Origin: Raillietiella orientalis
Lineage: Eukaryota
DNA: 64,000 bases
Assembly: GCA_036172245.1 (NCBI GenBank)
Contig: JAYWIR010000043.1
Span: 558,001 to 622,000 of the forward strand
Direction of reading: 5' to 3'
The notes under the pieces were generated by a model. The model ran no database searches, was not told the origin of the DNA, and saw only the letters and a list, made by a program, of their open reading frames with translations. Below are positions 1 to 12,200 of the stretch, piece after piece. Made by a program: the position numbers and the translations under genes. The stretch's first letter is position 1. Every line of letters begins with the position of its first letter.

Positions 1-119
1 GTCATTTGGTTCCTTTGCCTCAAACAGACAGAAACATCGAATTCTTTCCACGCAGGATGACCAGTGTTGTAATTGAAGAAGAATGTGTGGAACTTCTTCG
101 TGAACTTGGAAACGTCATT
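1..119 (-). CDS. LolA-like protein, exon 8 (runs off window): NDVSKFTKKFHTFFFNYNTGHPAWKEFDVSVCLRQRNQM
   Basis: Acceptor tttcctctgcttccag| at 121-120; phase 0 matches exon 7; open frame with FNY..P...FDVSVC motif. Confidence 0.8.
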
Positions 120-1125
120 CTGGAAGCAGAGGAAATGAGCACACGCACGAATGACAGAATTCGAAGAAAGAATAAAGGCAAAAATTCCCCTCTACAAAGA
201 TTCCTCTTTTGCTGCTCCCTGTTGGTAAACACACGCTGCCGCAACCGATTCAAAAATCGGCTGCATTGGCACCTTTTAAGGAGAAGCTGCGTCGAGAATT
301 TCACGTATGGACAGCGCCGTTTCCCTCGTAACCCCATGATTTTAAAACGGTAACATATTTTGAAGATATCCGTGGTTTCGTCCCAAAAGTGCTGAAGAGG
401 AAGTTCTCATCGGTAACGTATATCTGCAAGCGATGTCCCAACTGATTCGACTTCGTCATTGACATTTCTTGACGCTTTCTTGAGTTCAAATCATGTCGAA
501 AAAATCCTGGGAACTTCCGCCCTTCTCTGTTTGAGCATTTTCTCCTGGATGAAACGGTTTAGGACCGTTCAGACAGGAGCATCTGGCAGATTGCATCATG
601 GAACCGTTTTGCAGGGCAACAGGAGATTCCGAGGAGGCACAACCATCTGAAATCTGCAATCATCAAACTGTGGAAGGTCGTCTTCTGCGGAATAAGGAGG
701 CCTCGCCTTTGGCTGAGGCACCAACTGGTGCTTTCCATGCAGTCCCGGAGTCCGGGTTTCAAGAAGAGTCTGGAGGCTTGGCAAGCTCATACGGGTGGTC
801 AGCATGGATGGAACCATTCAGGGTCCTTCAACTTGGTCAGAAATGCCTTTCCGCGGTCAAAATGTTCCTCCCGAATCCCATCTCCGGCAGTTCGAATTCA
901 CAATTTTCGGGAGAGAAAGCCTCTTTCATCCGGAAGAAAGATTCGTCGCAGGTCGAGATGTTGGCGTATCCTCGACCACCCGTGCAGAAAGGATTCCGAC
1001 CAAAAAGATCGGTGGCGCGAAATGTCACCTCCGGAACAGCGCTCGGGAATGAAGTGCTGGAATGAAGACTTCGGAAGCACATCACCGAATCTGTTTCCAT
1101 TTCAAAGTGCTGCCACTCGTCTTTC

Positions 1126-1128
<3 letters not shown>

Positions 1129-1169
<41 letters not shown>
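1129..1169. repeat. (TA)~20 microsatellite
   Basis: Uninterrupted TA run. Confidence 0.97.
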
Positions 1170-1172
<3 letters not shown>

Positions 1173-3911
1173 AATGAGACGTTTTTATGTTTCAGATGCG
1201 ATCTTATCTCGAGAGTCCCCAAAAATTCATGCTGATAGAATATTATCATAACGCTGCAGAAAAAAACTGCTCAACGCGATGATGTGAATTTCTTATTTGC
1301 ATATATCGATCAGTTGCTCTGAAGGAGAGAATGTTCCATGCAAGAAGAGTAAACTCATGTTGATGTCGATGAAGGACCTTTTTCTTCATTTAAAGAGGCT
1401 TCTCTCAAGAAACAAGCAGCAGCTGCCGCATATTTTTGAGAGACGCTCGTATTACCGATAAGTGCATCGCCTTCATGTGGTCACCTGCCAACTGAACATG
1501 ACCACCCATTCCAGGTTCGTTTCGGAAAAAACGAGAAACGCATCGCCCGAATAGTAGAGGCCGTGCTTTTAGCAATGAGAAGGGATGCTGCGAACGTCCG
1601 TGAGAACAAAGCTTGGGAGGTGCTTAGTGCGTTCTCTTCCTAGCGGTTCCCACTGCAGTTCTTCTCCTATCATGGGGACTTGCGCTTTTCCCGAGGCCTT
1701 CGCCTTATTTCCCCTGGTCCCCTGATCAGGAGACACGCATGAGGACTCCAGCTCGTGTGTAATGTCTCATTCACGTATGATATGTATGATATGATATGCT
1801 ATTCTCAGGTTCCAGACACTTTTTTCCCTCTTCCTCTCAGGTTGTTCAGGAGACGTCCCTGTGTATTTTGCTGATAAGTGGGTTTCTCCTGCTCCACAAC
1901 CTGAGACACCGAACGCGTGTATGGCTGAGAGTACGTAACGCTTTTTCCAATTGTACATATCCCGCACGAGGAACCGGAGATACGCTGCACGTATTCAGAC
2001 AAGAAGAAGACAGTTACCGCAGGCACAGAATCCGCAGAATGAGAGACCCCTCCACAGTAGGGACAGCAGTTTTCTTCTTTTGGAAACAAGCAAGCAAACA
2101 AACAGGCACAAAATTTCTTTGGTTTTTTGGAACTTCTACACAGAACTTATATTGGAGTAGCGAACGCACCAGTAATTCACGTTCTGTCGGTTCGATCTCA
2201 GTATCCAGAGGAATCTCTGGACAGAGAAAGAAATCTCTGGTAGAGTTGCATCATTACGAGGGATAGTTGCGGAAACCAACAGGTGTGCCTCGTCCACTCC
2301 AATGGACACGAGATGGATTCTGCACTCTGCTTTCCTGGAGCTCGACTGTTTCACAGGATGCTTAAGATGAACGAAATCTCCACTCGGATGTCGTCGTTGC
2401 TCTGAAGGACTTTGATTTGAATGGTGGAAAGGCAAGTTCTGCATGCAGGGGTGGAATGCGCACGTGCACCGATATGCGCAGACGCACGTATCTTGCTAAT
2501 TCCTCGCTCTTATCTTTAGCGAATGAAACAGTGTGATCTGCACGGTCTGTTTCGAGATCCCACCTCAGATTTCCTCTCTGCCTGGGGAAGCAGCCGTCCT
2601 GCGCCTTCCCTATTTGCGATTCGTGTCGAGGACCCAATTTGCATTTCTATGATTTGGAGGAATCGAACGAATTGCTTCTCTCTGCTTTCGTTCCATCGAT
2701 TCCACTTCAACGACATCGTCCGTTCCGGCAGATCACTCGACGTAACGGCATCTTCCGAGAAACTGTTCGCAAAAGTCTACTTCATAAAGCTCTTGATAGC
2801 ACTTGGTGGAGGGAGACTGAATCTCTGGAGCATCACATGCCTGCATCACTGTATTACGCATTCATTCCGATTCTTCCTGCAGAGGTATCAGTTTCCGAGG
2901 GCGAGCATCCACTTCAGCAGTCCGGAACCACATGGCGAGATCTGCTGGAAAACTCATCTGCTCTGTACCAGAGCGTCGCCGCTCATTCTTTTGGAACCAT
3001 CTTCTCCTCAAGCCGCTGACTTGAAACTCGGTGTGCTTTCTAAAACGTGGGTCCACTTACCAACAGGTTCCGAGGCATCGACGGGATTCTCAAGATGAAT
3101 TCTTCTCTTCCGTGCATAGCCAGCCCACGTTCCTCGTTCCAGGATGCACTTTGCCTGCGTGTACGCTTGCTCGTACGCTCGTACAGAGCTGATGCTCGCT
3201 TCCATCAGTCTCTCGTTTGCCCCCCATCTGCCAAGCAAGCACGGAAGCAAGTCTCGGCAAGTCGACACTTCACAATATGCCCTCTGAGAACGCGTCCCTT
3301 GATGGACGACGGCCGCGGCTTGTTTTCGACCAGCCCGTGACGTCCGGCATGAAATGTTTACAAACACCTCGAGCCAAGCACCTTTTGTGAGACACCCGCG
3401 TAGCAGCAGATCCACGCGTGACTCTCTCTTTTTTCGGTTTCCAGGGCACTGGCAAAGAGGGGTTCTCGCTGCCGCTCGGGAGAGAGAGGAGACGCGATTT
3501 CTGCTAGAAATCTGGCTCGGGAGGTGGATCCGGGAACGCCTCAGAGTGAGGCGTGGTCGGGAAAACAGGAGGAACGCATCCCATTTCCGGAGAGGAGCGC
3601 CGTTTTGACCTCGCGGCTGCACGCTGGTCGCGTTTGCTCGGATGCATCCCTTTCGTGGTACGCATTCCCAGCATGGAAATCCATTGCAGATGAGGTCTGC
3701 ATTGGCGAGCAGATGGCCCCTTAGCCCACGTTCGGCTCCATCCCATTTGAATTTTACCCCCGTCGAACTGGTGATGCGGGAAACAAGTAAAGCACGGATG
3801 AAGTCCGAAGCCGGAGAACATTCTAAACCTGACGGATGGGTGAGTACACCCTTGAGTTTCGTCGGAGAAGAAGTGGAAGAAATGAGGTCTGATGCACAGA
3901 ATCTGGCTTAC

Positions 3912-4085
3912 TGGATCCGTGAAGTAGGTGATCATTGCTAATGGCACTATTTGAATGTGATTTATCACTTCGATTTCAATGGCCCAGTTCTCATGGGTGA
4001 AATATATTTCCACGGTACTGTAGCGACCATCTGAGGTGATTTTTTCAGCGATCCAAACATCACAAAGTATCATACGTATTTTCTT
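3912..4085 (-). CDS. LolA-like protein, exon 7: KKIRMILCDVWIAEK...VEIYFTHENW...IVPLAMITYFTDP
   Basis: Acceptor cattccag|, donor CCA|gtaagc; 174 nt, phase 0/0; R-x-I-x-CDVW motif; lies in ORF 3504..4097. Confidence 0.88.
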
Positions 4086-4131
4086 CTGGAATGACATATT
4101 TATGATGGGAGATGTAGGGATGGACTCTCAC

Positions 4132-4292
4132 CTGCCCGACATAAACAAATTTTGCTGATTCCATGACCAATAACTCATTCGCGTGCAGCAACCTAAGCTG
4201 GTGGTTCGAAAGAGGAACTTCGTTCAGGGAAGGAATTGCAACACTCTCTATGGTGCAGTTTTTGGTTTCTTCATCAATAGTGTACTGCAGAC
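4132..4292 (-). CDS. LolA-like protein, exon 6: (G)LQYTIDEETKNCTIESVAIP...MESAKFVYVGQ
   Basis: Acceptor taccgtag|, donor CAG|gtgaga; 161 nt, phase 1/0; NCT sequon; lies in ORF 4060..4461. Confidence 0.85.
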
Positions 4293-5663
4293 CTACGGTA
4301 CAGCGCCATCCAGGGTCAGAGAATCGATTAAAAAGGTCTGTGGCTGAAGTCTTCTGAACAGGAATGGCTGCTTTTTTGCACCAGCCATTCCCGTTTGAAG
4401 TTCGTTTGCGGGTGAACATCTTGTGATTCGGTGTCGGATAATTACATAAAACATTTCGCACGTCCCTGGTTTACCCTCTTCTCCTTTGCTTCGATTCCGC
4501 GTGTGGTGTTTGGGAGGTCTTCGCTTTTGTTTTAGGAAACTTGGCTCGAGGGAATCGTGTCTAATTTCCTCGAACTTGAGCACGATGCTTACCACGGATC
4601 AAAGTAAAGGTAGACGGGGTCAGACCGAGGTGGGCGGGTGTCCCCCACATCTTTTCGGTAAGCGAAAATTCCGGGAATCCGATTCCAAAAACCGTTTGCC
4701 ACAATGGAAACTTCCAGCCGGCCAACATGGCGACGGTGGCTTCGCGCGCAGACTTTCGACCGTCCGCTCGTACGGCGCTGACAGTGTACGATCAACTTCC
4801 AGGATCAATTTTTGCTTCCCAGCATCTTTTCCAGTTCTTTCTGCGGAAAGATGCGCATAAAAAAAGGGGTGCAAATCTGTATTTGAAAATCTAGGAGCTG
4901 CTAGCTGCGTGAATCTGCTGGGCCGGAGGTGAAAACGAGACGACCACATCCGTATGGGGTTCATGACCAGGTCAAGAACTCGGATCGAGATCAAGTCGAT
5001 GATCGGATCGACTTGGCGCGCAGAGAGCGGAGTGCTGGAACGGCTCTCTCGTGGCGGCATCGAAGCAAGATGCTGCTGGGAGATCAGAGATGAGGCTTTC
5101 TGGTTGACAGATGGAAGTTCAACTTTCTGATTTTTTCCGTCGTAACGTGCTGTATGAGCGGAGAGTCTCAACGGGTGCAGATTTCCTTCTCATCCGCCAG
5201 CAGCCGTCCTGCAGAAACGAACAAAAGAATTTCGGTGCTCAGAGAAGACTTTCCGTTTCATTTGTGAAATTTCAGAGCAGCCGACGGTGCGTGCTTCCCA
5301 TACAGCACCTGTTTCTAAGCAACGGAGATTTCATTCTTCTCGGTCGTTTGTTCCAATGAATGGGGTTTTCCTTGGAATCCAGTGTCAATAACTCTAGCTG
5401 AACAAACAGCTATTAAGGAATATCATGACCCGAACTAATCAAGAGTCGACCTATTGTTTTTTTGGTCAGCGTGCTGTGGGCCATTACGAAACAATCGATT
5501 GCTTGGCTTCATTTTAGCTGAGTCTGATCTTTACAGCAGAGAGCTCACCGTAACCGACGCTGACTTACAAGTTTGAAAAAACTGGAAAAAAAAAAAAAAA
5601 CCAATGGGTTAAAATTCCTCCAAGCGATCACTTTTGGGACGCGAGAAACGGCGCTCGTTCCTG

Positions 5664-5763
5664 TGGGAACAGCCGGGATGAAATCCGCGGTAGCTGCTCT
5701 TCAAGTCTGCATTCGCGAGTTCTCTCTCTTCGACGCTGACCTTTCGAATTTCACTTCCGCCTT
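5664..5763. repeat. ~100 bp direct repeat, copy 1
   Basis: tgggaacagccgggatgaaatccgcggtagctgctcttcaag...tttcacttccgcctt closely matches 6819..6916 with a few substitutions and a small indel. Confidence 0.9.
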
Positions 5764-6359
5764 AGTTCCACGACCGGGAAATCGCACTCCGACATTGGAA
5801 ATGCGGACCTTTGTTTGCCAGAAGGGTTGCCATGCTTTCGCTCTCTCTCCTTTTTTTTTTTTTTTCTCAGGAAGAAAAAATGACGGAGAAGCAAATTTCC
5901 GAATTCTTCAAGGTATTGAAAATGTCGGCAACCACTAGGGATGACCTTAACAGGTCAGTACGCTACAAGACAAGCCCTGTGTTGGTTCCGCTCCTCGTAA
6001 CATGGAGGAAACAAAGCCAAACATCCAGAATCCCTTTGGTCGATCCAGTGAAATTCAGTTTTTATAAATCAATTTCATTCCAGGTCAGAGAAATCTCAAA
6101 AACTTTCCACGAAGCTGATTACATTTAGATGTAGCTATGTGTACGTACACACACACCCACGACGTATGCACCGCATAATTTCCTCTCTGGCCTGGCCGGT
6201 TTTAACAGATAAGGTGAACGTCACTCTTCGCTTCCTTCGCAAGCGTGGACTAAGAAAACGAGCCAAATGACCATCCCTAGGAACGAAAGGTCATTTGCAA
6301 ATTTCGAGCGTGTTTCGGGACCCCCCAAAGTGGAAGGGCTGGAGAGCGATGAGCAGGCG

Positions 6360-6520
6360 TCAGGTTCCCCCGTGTGGGTTGCAGGGCAGCAGCTCGTCAT
6401 AGAGGAACACATTCTGCAGCACTTCCGGCAAAGCTGCCACGAACTTGTAGGTGGAGTACAATCCGCTCCGGCGTGGATTCTCGACCTATTTTCAGAGGTG
6501 GACCACAACTTTCAAGTTTT
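6360..6520 (-). mobile_element. Possible decayed Ty3/gypsy gag-like fragment
   Basis: Frameshifted reading KLWSTSENRSRI / TYKFVAALPEVLQNVFLYDELLPCNPH resembles the remembered invertebrate gag pattern LWF..E..F...KF..VV.ALP....V.D....P..PY. Confidence 0.28.
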
Positions 6521-6818
6521 CCAAGCTTGCGTCTTTAGCTGGGGAGAAACGCTGGTTTGGCGTGCTTCTTTCATTGGAGCCAAGGGGAGCCCATGCACCT
6601 CACAGACAAGAACTGCTCTGTCTTGAAGCGCGCAGCACCAAATTAGAGATCTCTCAAAGCCGCTTCAACGTCCGACGTTTCATCTCCAAGGGATCCTTGG
6701 GACAGAACTCGTTTTTTCCAAATTGCACAAGACGGCAACAGCACGAATGCCCCCTTCCCCCGACTGTTCGTCCCGTTCAGCCCGTCTTCCCTTTCCTTTC
6801 CATTGGCACCCTTTCATA

Positions 6819-6916
6819 TGGGAACAGACGGGACGAAATCCGCGGTAGCTGCTCTTCGAGTGCATTCGCGAGTTCCCTCTCTTCGATGCTGATCTTTCAC
6901 ATTTCACTTCCGCCTT
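6819..6916. repeat. ~100 bp direct repeat, copy 2
   Basis: tgggaacagacgggacgaaatccgcggtagctgctcttcgag...tttcacttccgcctt. Confidence 0.9.
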
Positions 6917-7594
6917 TGAGAGTTCTTTAAGAGTCTCGTCCGATCTTCCTGAATTGGCCATATGAAGATCTCATCAACAGTTATGGCTTCAGATCAGTTT
7001 TCTCTGGAGCATACTCGTCTGTAGATAATGCACAAAATAGAAATCCTAAGTATTACTTCAGTCTATCTCGTTGGGCGTCTCACGCTGGGCTGAAAAAATC
7101 ACTCACGGAAAATCTCGACGGCTTCAATCCGGAAAAGATCATGTGCGGATATTCGGAAAAACAGATGATATGCATTAAGAGGGCAGTCGATCCGAAAGTT
7201 AGGAGGAATGAATGGGCTCTATTTGTTTGAGCAATCTGTCGAAAAATGGCACTCTGAGATGCTGCTCCTTCCGGATGCACCAGAAGAGGGAGAACTCCGT
7301 ATCCTTTGTAAGGGATATCAAAGCCCTCTATCGAAGAGGCAGGCAGAAGAAACGGAACTGCAGCTGGAAGAGTCTGGCCTTTGCCTCGAAAGGGGATCCC
7401 GGGATGGCACGAGCAACGTTTGGCATCTTTCCTACTTGGCTGATCTTCTTCGAAAGAAGCCACACGAGTGAAAACGGGAGGACTCGTGCTTTCTGAGAAG
7501 ATTCCGAGGATGCAGGGGGCGGAGCAGCTCACCTTAGGCAGGTAAAACACTTTCTTTAGGAATTTCCTACTCGTGCTTTCTGCACCATCCCATT

Positions 7595-7612
7595 TATATA
7601 TATATATATATA
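7595..7612. repeat. (TA)9 microsatellite
   Basis: Direct reading. Confidence 0.9.
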
Positions 7613-9060
7613 GGCAGTAGACTTCAATCTCAAGAAAGCCTCCTTCTTCGCCGTCTAAGCTGCTTAAGAAAGCCTTTCCGTTTCCAAAAGCAGCCGAATG
7701 CCTGGGGGCTGCTTTTCTGAATGACTGTGGTGGTCCTCTGAGCTCACTCTTTCAAATCGGAAGGTTTCCCAGCTCTGTCCTGCATCCACGTACGTTTATT
7801 CAGAAACTGCGGTCCCACTTTCCGCTTCAGCGTGGTGGCAAAAGTGGCGCTTGACGAATTTATAGATGCCTCCCGAGTTCATCCGAAAGTATTCATTCAG
7901 GTCTGCCCCGCAAAGGAGTTCTTCTACTCCCAATTTTCGTCCCACGTGAAGCCGCAAAATTGCATCCAGAACGGGAATCGGGATTTCAGAGTGAGCTGGA
8001 TCACAGTTTTCTTTCCTTCCACCCTTCTCGCAGCTGCCGCTCTCCTTCTGTCCAATGCTCATCCCCTGAATATGCTGACCTCGAGGACCAGAAGGTGTGC
8101 TTTCGGAGGTCAGTCAGAAGAAGTTCTTGAAAAAAGAAAAAGAGAGGCGCAAGCAACGTGTCGAGAGAGGCGTGCCTTTTGTCTCGTTGGTTGACACGAA
8201 GAATCCAAATGTTTGCAAATTGGCCCGGGCGGTAGCGGCCAAAGCTCCAGACGCGCGCACCTCTGCATCTCGAATGCCACTGGCGCCGCGAATCTTCGGT
8301 CCTCAGGAAATCACATCCGGCGTCTGAGGAATCGGATCAAGCAAATGGACCGAGTCCTGCCAGTCCGAGCCGTGAACTGCTTCGACTCATTTCTTCTTTC
8401 CCACGGATCCGTCGTCTCAGCGAGAAAGCTCTTCAGCTCACAGCAGCGCGAATCCGAAGAGCGAACCCCCCCCTAACTGAACGAAGGCACCGTGGCTCCC
8501 CGGAAGTTGAGGGAGGCCCGCCGGACGTATCGTTTACTACGGTTCGACAGCACGCTCGCCCGGATTCTCGACAAAGTGCCGAAGAGGTCGAGGTGGTGGT
8601 CCTCTCGAATGGAGGCGCTTAATGTCCCCTTTTCCGCGTACACGCAAATCTCGCCGACCACAACCGAGGGCAACGGTTTCGTGAAGACTGACCAGCACGC
8701 CTTGCGGCTATTCCCATTGGATTATAGAAAAGTACAGCGGATTTCGTCGCTTCTGTAAGGTTACTAATAACTGTGCAATTTCAACGGGGGAGGGAGGAGG
8801 GGGTTTGCAACAACGACTGACTGACGGTCACGAAAATCTGACCCGAAAACACGCAGTTCTGTAGGAGTGGAACGCCACAGCTGTGGCACAGTTGTAGGAG
8901 GAAGCGATTTTCTGGAACTCTTAAGGGAAAAACGAACGTCTCGGAAATAAGGAGAAAGCGTTCGAGTGCTGTCGTTCCTTCGGGAGTTTCGGGCGCCGGA
9001 AAAAAAGCGCGCTTTCTGCCGAATGAATGAGGCAAGAGGTTAACTACAGTCCAGTCGTAC

Positions 9061-9235
9061 CTGATGAGAAGTCGTGTACAATCTTATAGGAGTTTCCTTC
9101 GTGAACGGAACCTCTGTAATAGCCGAAAGGAATCACGAAACCAGGAATGCTGTGGAGATGAGGATGAAAGCGGTAGGTTACCAACTTCTCTGTGGAATCG
9201 AAATGGATGGTTTCGTACGTTATACTTTGGGAATC
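9061..9235 (-). CDS. LolA-like protein, exon 5: DSQSITYETIHFDSTEKLVTYRF...GNSYKIVHDFSS(G)
   Basis: Acceptor ctcttccctcttgtctctag|, donor CAG|gtacga; 175 nt, phase 0/1. Missed by the ORF track. IVHDF..G motif continues into exon 6. Confidence 0.85.
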
Positions 9236-12200
9236 CTAGAGACAAGAGGGAAGAGATGCTTACTGCAATGCTTGAACGCTAAAAAAAAAAAAGGAAAAAA
9301 AGAAAAGAGAAAGGTATTCTTTTTGGTAAAGTAAAACCCCTCAAAAACATCGCTTCCGAGAACGAATAGCTTTTTTCTTCTTCAGCTTACGTTTCGCTGT
9401 TGGCAATAACGTGGTGGTGGAAGCTGCAGTCACATAGCAACCAGCAGATCGGATGAGCCTGAAATGCACGTGCAAAGGACGACGATAGTGTTCACTCGTT
9501 CCAAAGAGCTTTCCTAAGATTAATTCCTGGTTGTACGTATGGAATTCAATTTATGCACTGATTGCTGTGTTTACGGAATCGGCGTTTTTTCTTTCCTGTA
9601 AGAAATCTGCACGGAAGTCTGCCGATCCTGTTTCGATCTCTTGCCACTTCTGAGATGCAGGAAGGAGGGCGGCATTCTGGGGATGGCAGTTTTGGCAGAC
9701 GTGCATCTTCAATGTCTTCTTCCTGCTTGGTTGAGGAGCGCACAGGCAGCGGTTCGCTGATTGCGGAGGGACTCTTTCCTGATACATGCCGAAGTTTGCT
9801 TTATGGACGTGCGGGCGTTTTTTCCACACCCCCTCTTCCTCGCACGTTTCCGGGCACCCCAGGAGACCCACAGCTTCCCATCCATGCGACATTTCATCTG
9901 AATTGGGAGCCAGAGGGGCTCACGTTCTCCAACGGACTTCTCCTTGTCCGTCATCATTTGCTCATAGCTGTCAAGACAAATCCTTTCGAACGGCAACCCC
10001 TACTAATTGTTTTTTCTGATTTTTTTTCTGAAAAAAAGTGAAAGCGAAAGAAGGGGGAAGAAAGGGGAAAAACCGAAGAACCCAATCAAAAGGAAAACAA
10101 CCGAATGATCACTTTTCGTTTCCAGGAAATCACCCGAAGATGCTTGGATGGTACGACTTTCAAATGATTCCACTCCTTGTAAACAGATTGGTCTGAACCA
10201 CAGTGGCGAATGCTTTGAGAAGCGGGATTCGTGAAAGGCAAATGGGAAGGGATCCTCCATGATCCCAGAATTGCTCGCACCTTTCCCACCTTCCCCAATA
10301 AACTCCCATGTGATTTTCATTTTCTTGATTGCTCATAAAGAATTCCAAGGGTTCGAAGATGGTGATATCGCACGCCCCATTGGCCATGTTAACGAAAAAA
10401 AAAAAAAAAAATGGAAAACGTACACACACTCGTATGCTTTTTTGTTTTGCACTCGTGTGCTCCATCAATCTGCTCTTTAGATTGCTATCCTTCTTCGTCG
10501 CACTTCATTAAGTGTTTGAAGCGGCAAAAGTATTTCGTGGAATGCGTCGCATCGTTTCTGTTCCATGCTGAAAGCACGAAGTTAATCGAAAGTCAGCATC
10601 GTGCCGCTGTAACATCTTCAGCTGCAGTATCAAGCGGAAGCGTGCAATTTATTACTCCAAGGATTCGGTCTCTATGGGGAAGCACCAGCGTTTTCTCTTC
10701 GTCTTCGATGGATAATGAAGAAGCTACCGCGCTCGAGCTTCAAACTTTCCCCGAAGTTCATCCACTGGGGATGAAAGCAATCGTTTGTAACAGTCTTCTT
10801 GTAAAGTCATCCTGAAGTGGAGTTGAACGAGGCCCTGCGAATCTATCGATCGCCGAATCGAGCCGTCATCTTTCCTGGGATTCATGCGCCGAGGGGGACG
10901 TCCCCAAACACTCGGTTTTGCTTCCCTCTCATCCCTACGTCTTCGAATCCGCGCCGTCAATGGATGAAAATCAGGCGGCGTTCTCGATTTCAGAAGTGCC
11001 TTCTTTTTCCTGGGAGTTCTGCGCGATTTGAGAATCTTGCAGCTCCCAACAGGTTCCGGGGGGGTCATCTTTCCGCCTTGCACTGCGGCCAGAGGTTCAT
11101 CGTGTGGCCAGAGGGCCATCTAAAAGCCTAAGATCTGACTCATCGCAAAAATTCATGCGACGCTCCATCATCCTGCACTCTTTGATACAGAAGAGACGAA
11201 GTCGTCCTAAAAATGAAGTCCGAACTTTATCATTAGGTTGGTTCTTGCTCCTCTAGGTGAATGGAAGGATTCCTTGGAAATTTGCTTTTAGAGCCCGCCT
11301 TCTATTATTCCGGTCATTATTTCTTTCATACGAGCACGCTTTATTTAATTTTAGCGATGCCGGAAAAGGAAGTACTTTCTTCAGCTTCTAAAAACTTGGT
11401 ACCTGTTCCCGAATTCCTGCTATGAGAATTCATCACGCGTGTGCCGTCGTGCGTGGGTGGTTGAAGATGCATTTTTCATTCACGGAATCGTCCACAAGTG
11501 TGGTTGCTGTGATTGCGTTGCCTTGGAAACCGCTTTGCTGCTTCCCTTGTTCTTCACTTCTATCCTTCCTGCAATCATCGCTTTGGCAGCCGACCCCAAG
11601 GCCACACCTTCCCAAAGCACGCGATTCAGTAACAGCAGAGTATTTTTAAACTCATTTTGCAGTCCACTGGCCACCGATGCAAGATATTCTTGCAACTTCG
11701 AAGTTGCCGTTCCAGTAAATTACTGTGGCGTTTCATCACTAAGTCATTCATGGCAGAAATTCGTGCCGCTGCGTATTTCCAGAGCGAAGCTGCCGTGCAA
11801 AGCAACCAATTCTTTTCCTATCCCGCCATCCTACGGCAGTTTCCTCCGGAAGATGACCGTTTCGCTGGTCAGCACCTGCTCGGAAGCAGAAATGGCAAGA
11901 GAACTCGCTGCCGACGCCGTGAAGACATGGAAGACGACGACTCCCAAGTGCACCAATATCTTGAAAACTGAACCATCATCCATCTACGTGTTTTCCGTAC
12001 TTCTACCTCCTCCTCGACCACGGAAGAGTGGTTTCAGTGTCAAGACAAAACAGCCCCGCCTTCGTTCGTGCTGGGCAGATACTCCGCAAATTGATGGTCG
12101 CGGAATTTTCGCGTACCAGAGTCTGCAGTGCCTCCATTTCAGGAAGCGACTCCAGGTCATTCGACAGCCTACTTTTCCCCACCAGCTGGTAGTGCTCCAC

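Noticed and set aside
9391..9458. Possible small cassette exon just upstream of exon 5 (acceptors at 9458 or 9423, donor gtaagc)
   Set aside because: Exons 4 and 5 already join with motif continuity; the 68-nt form frameshifts and the 33-nt form adds an implausible peptide.
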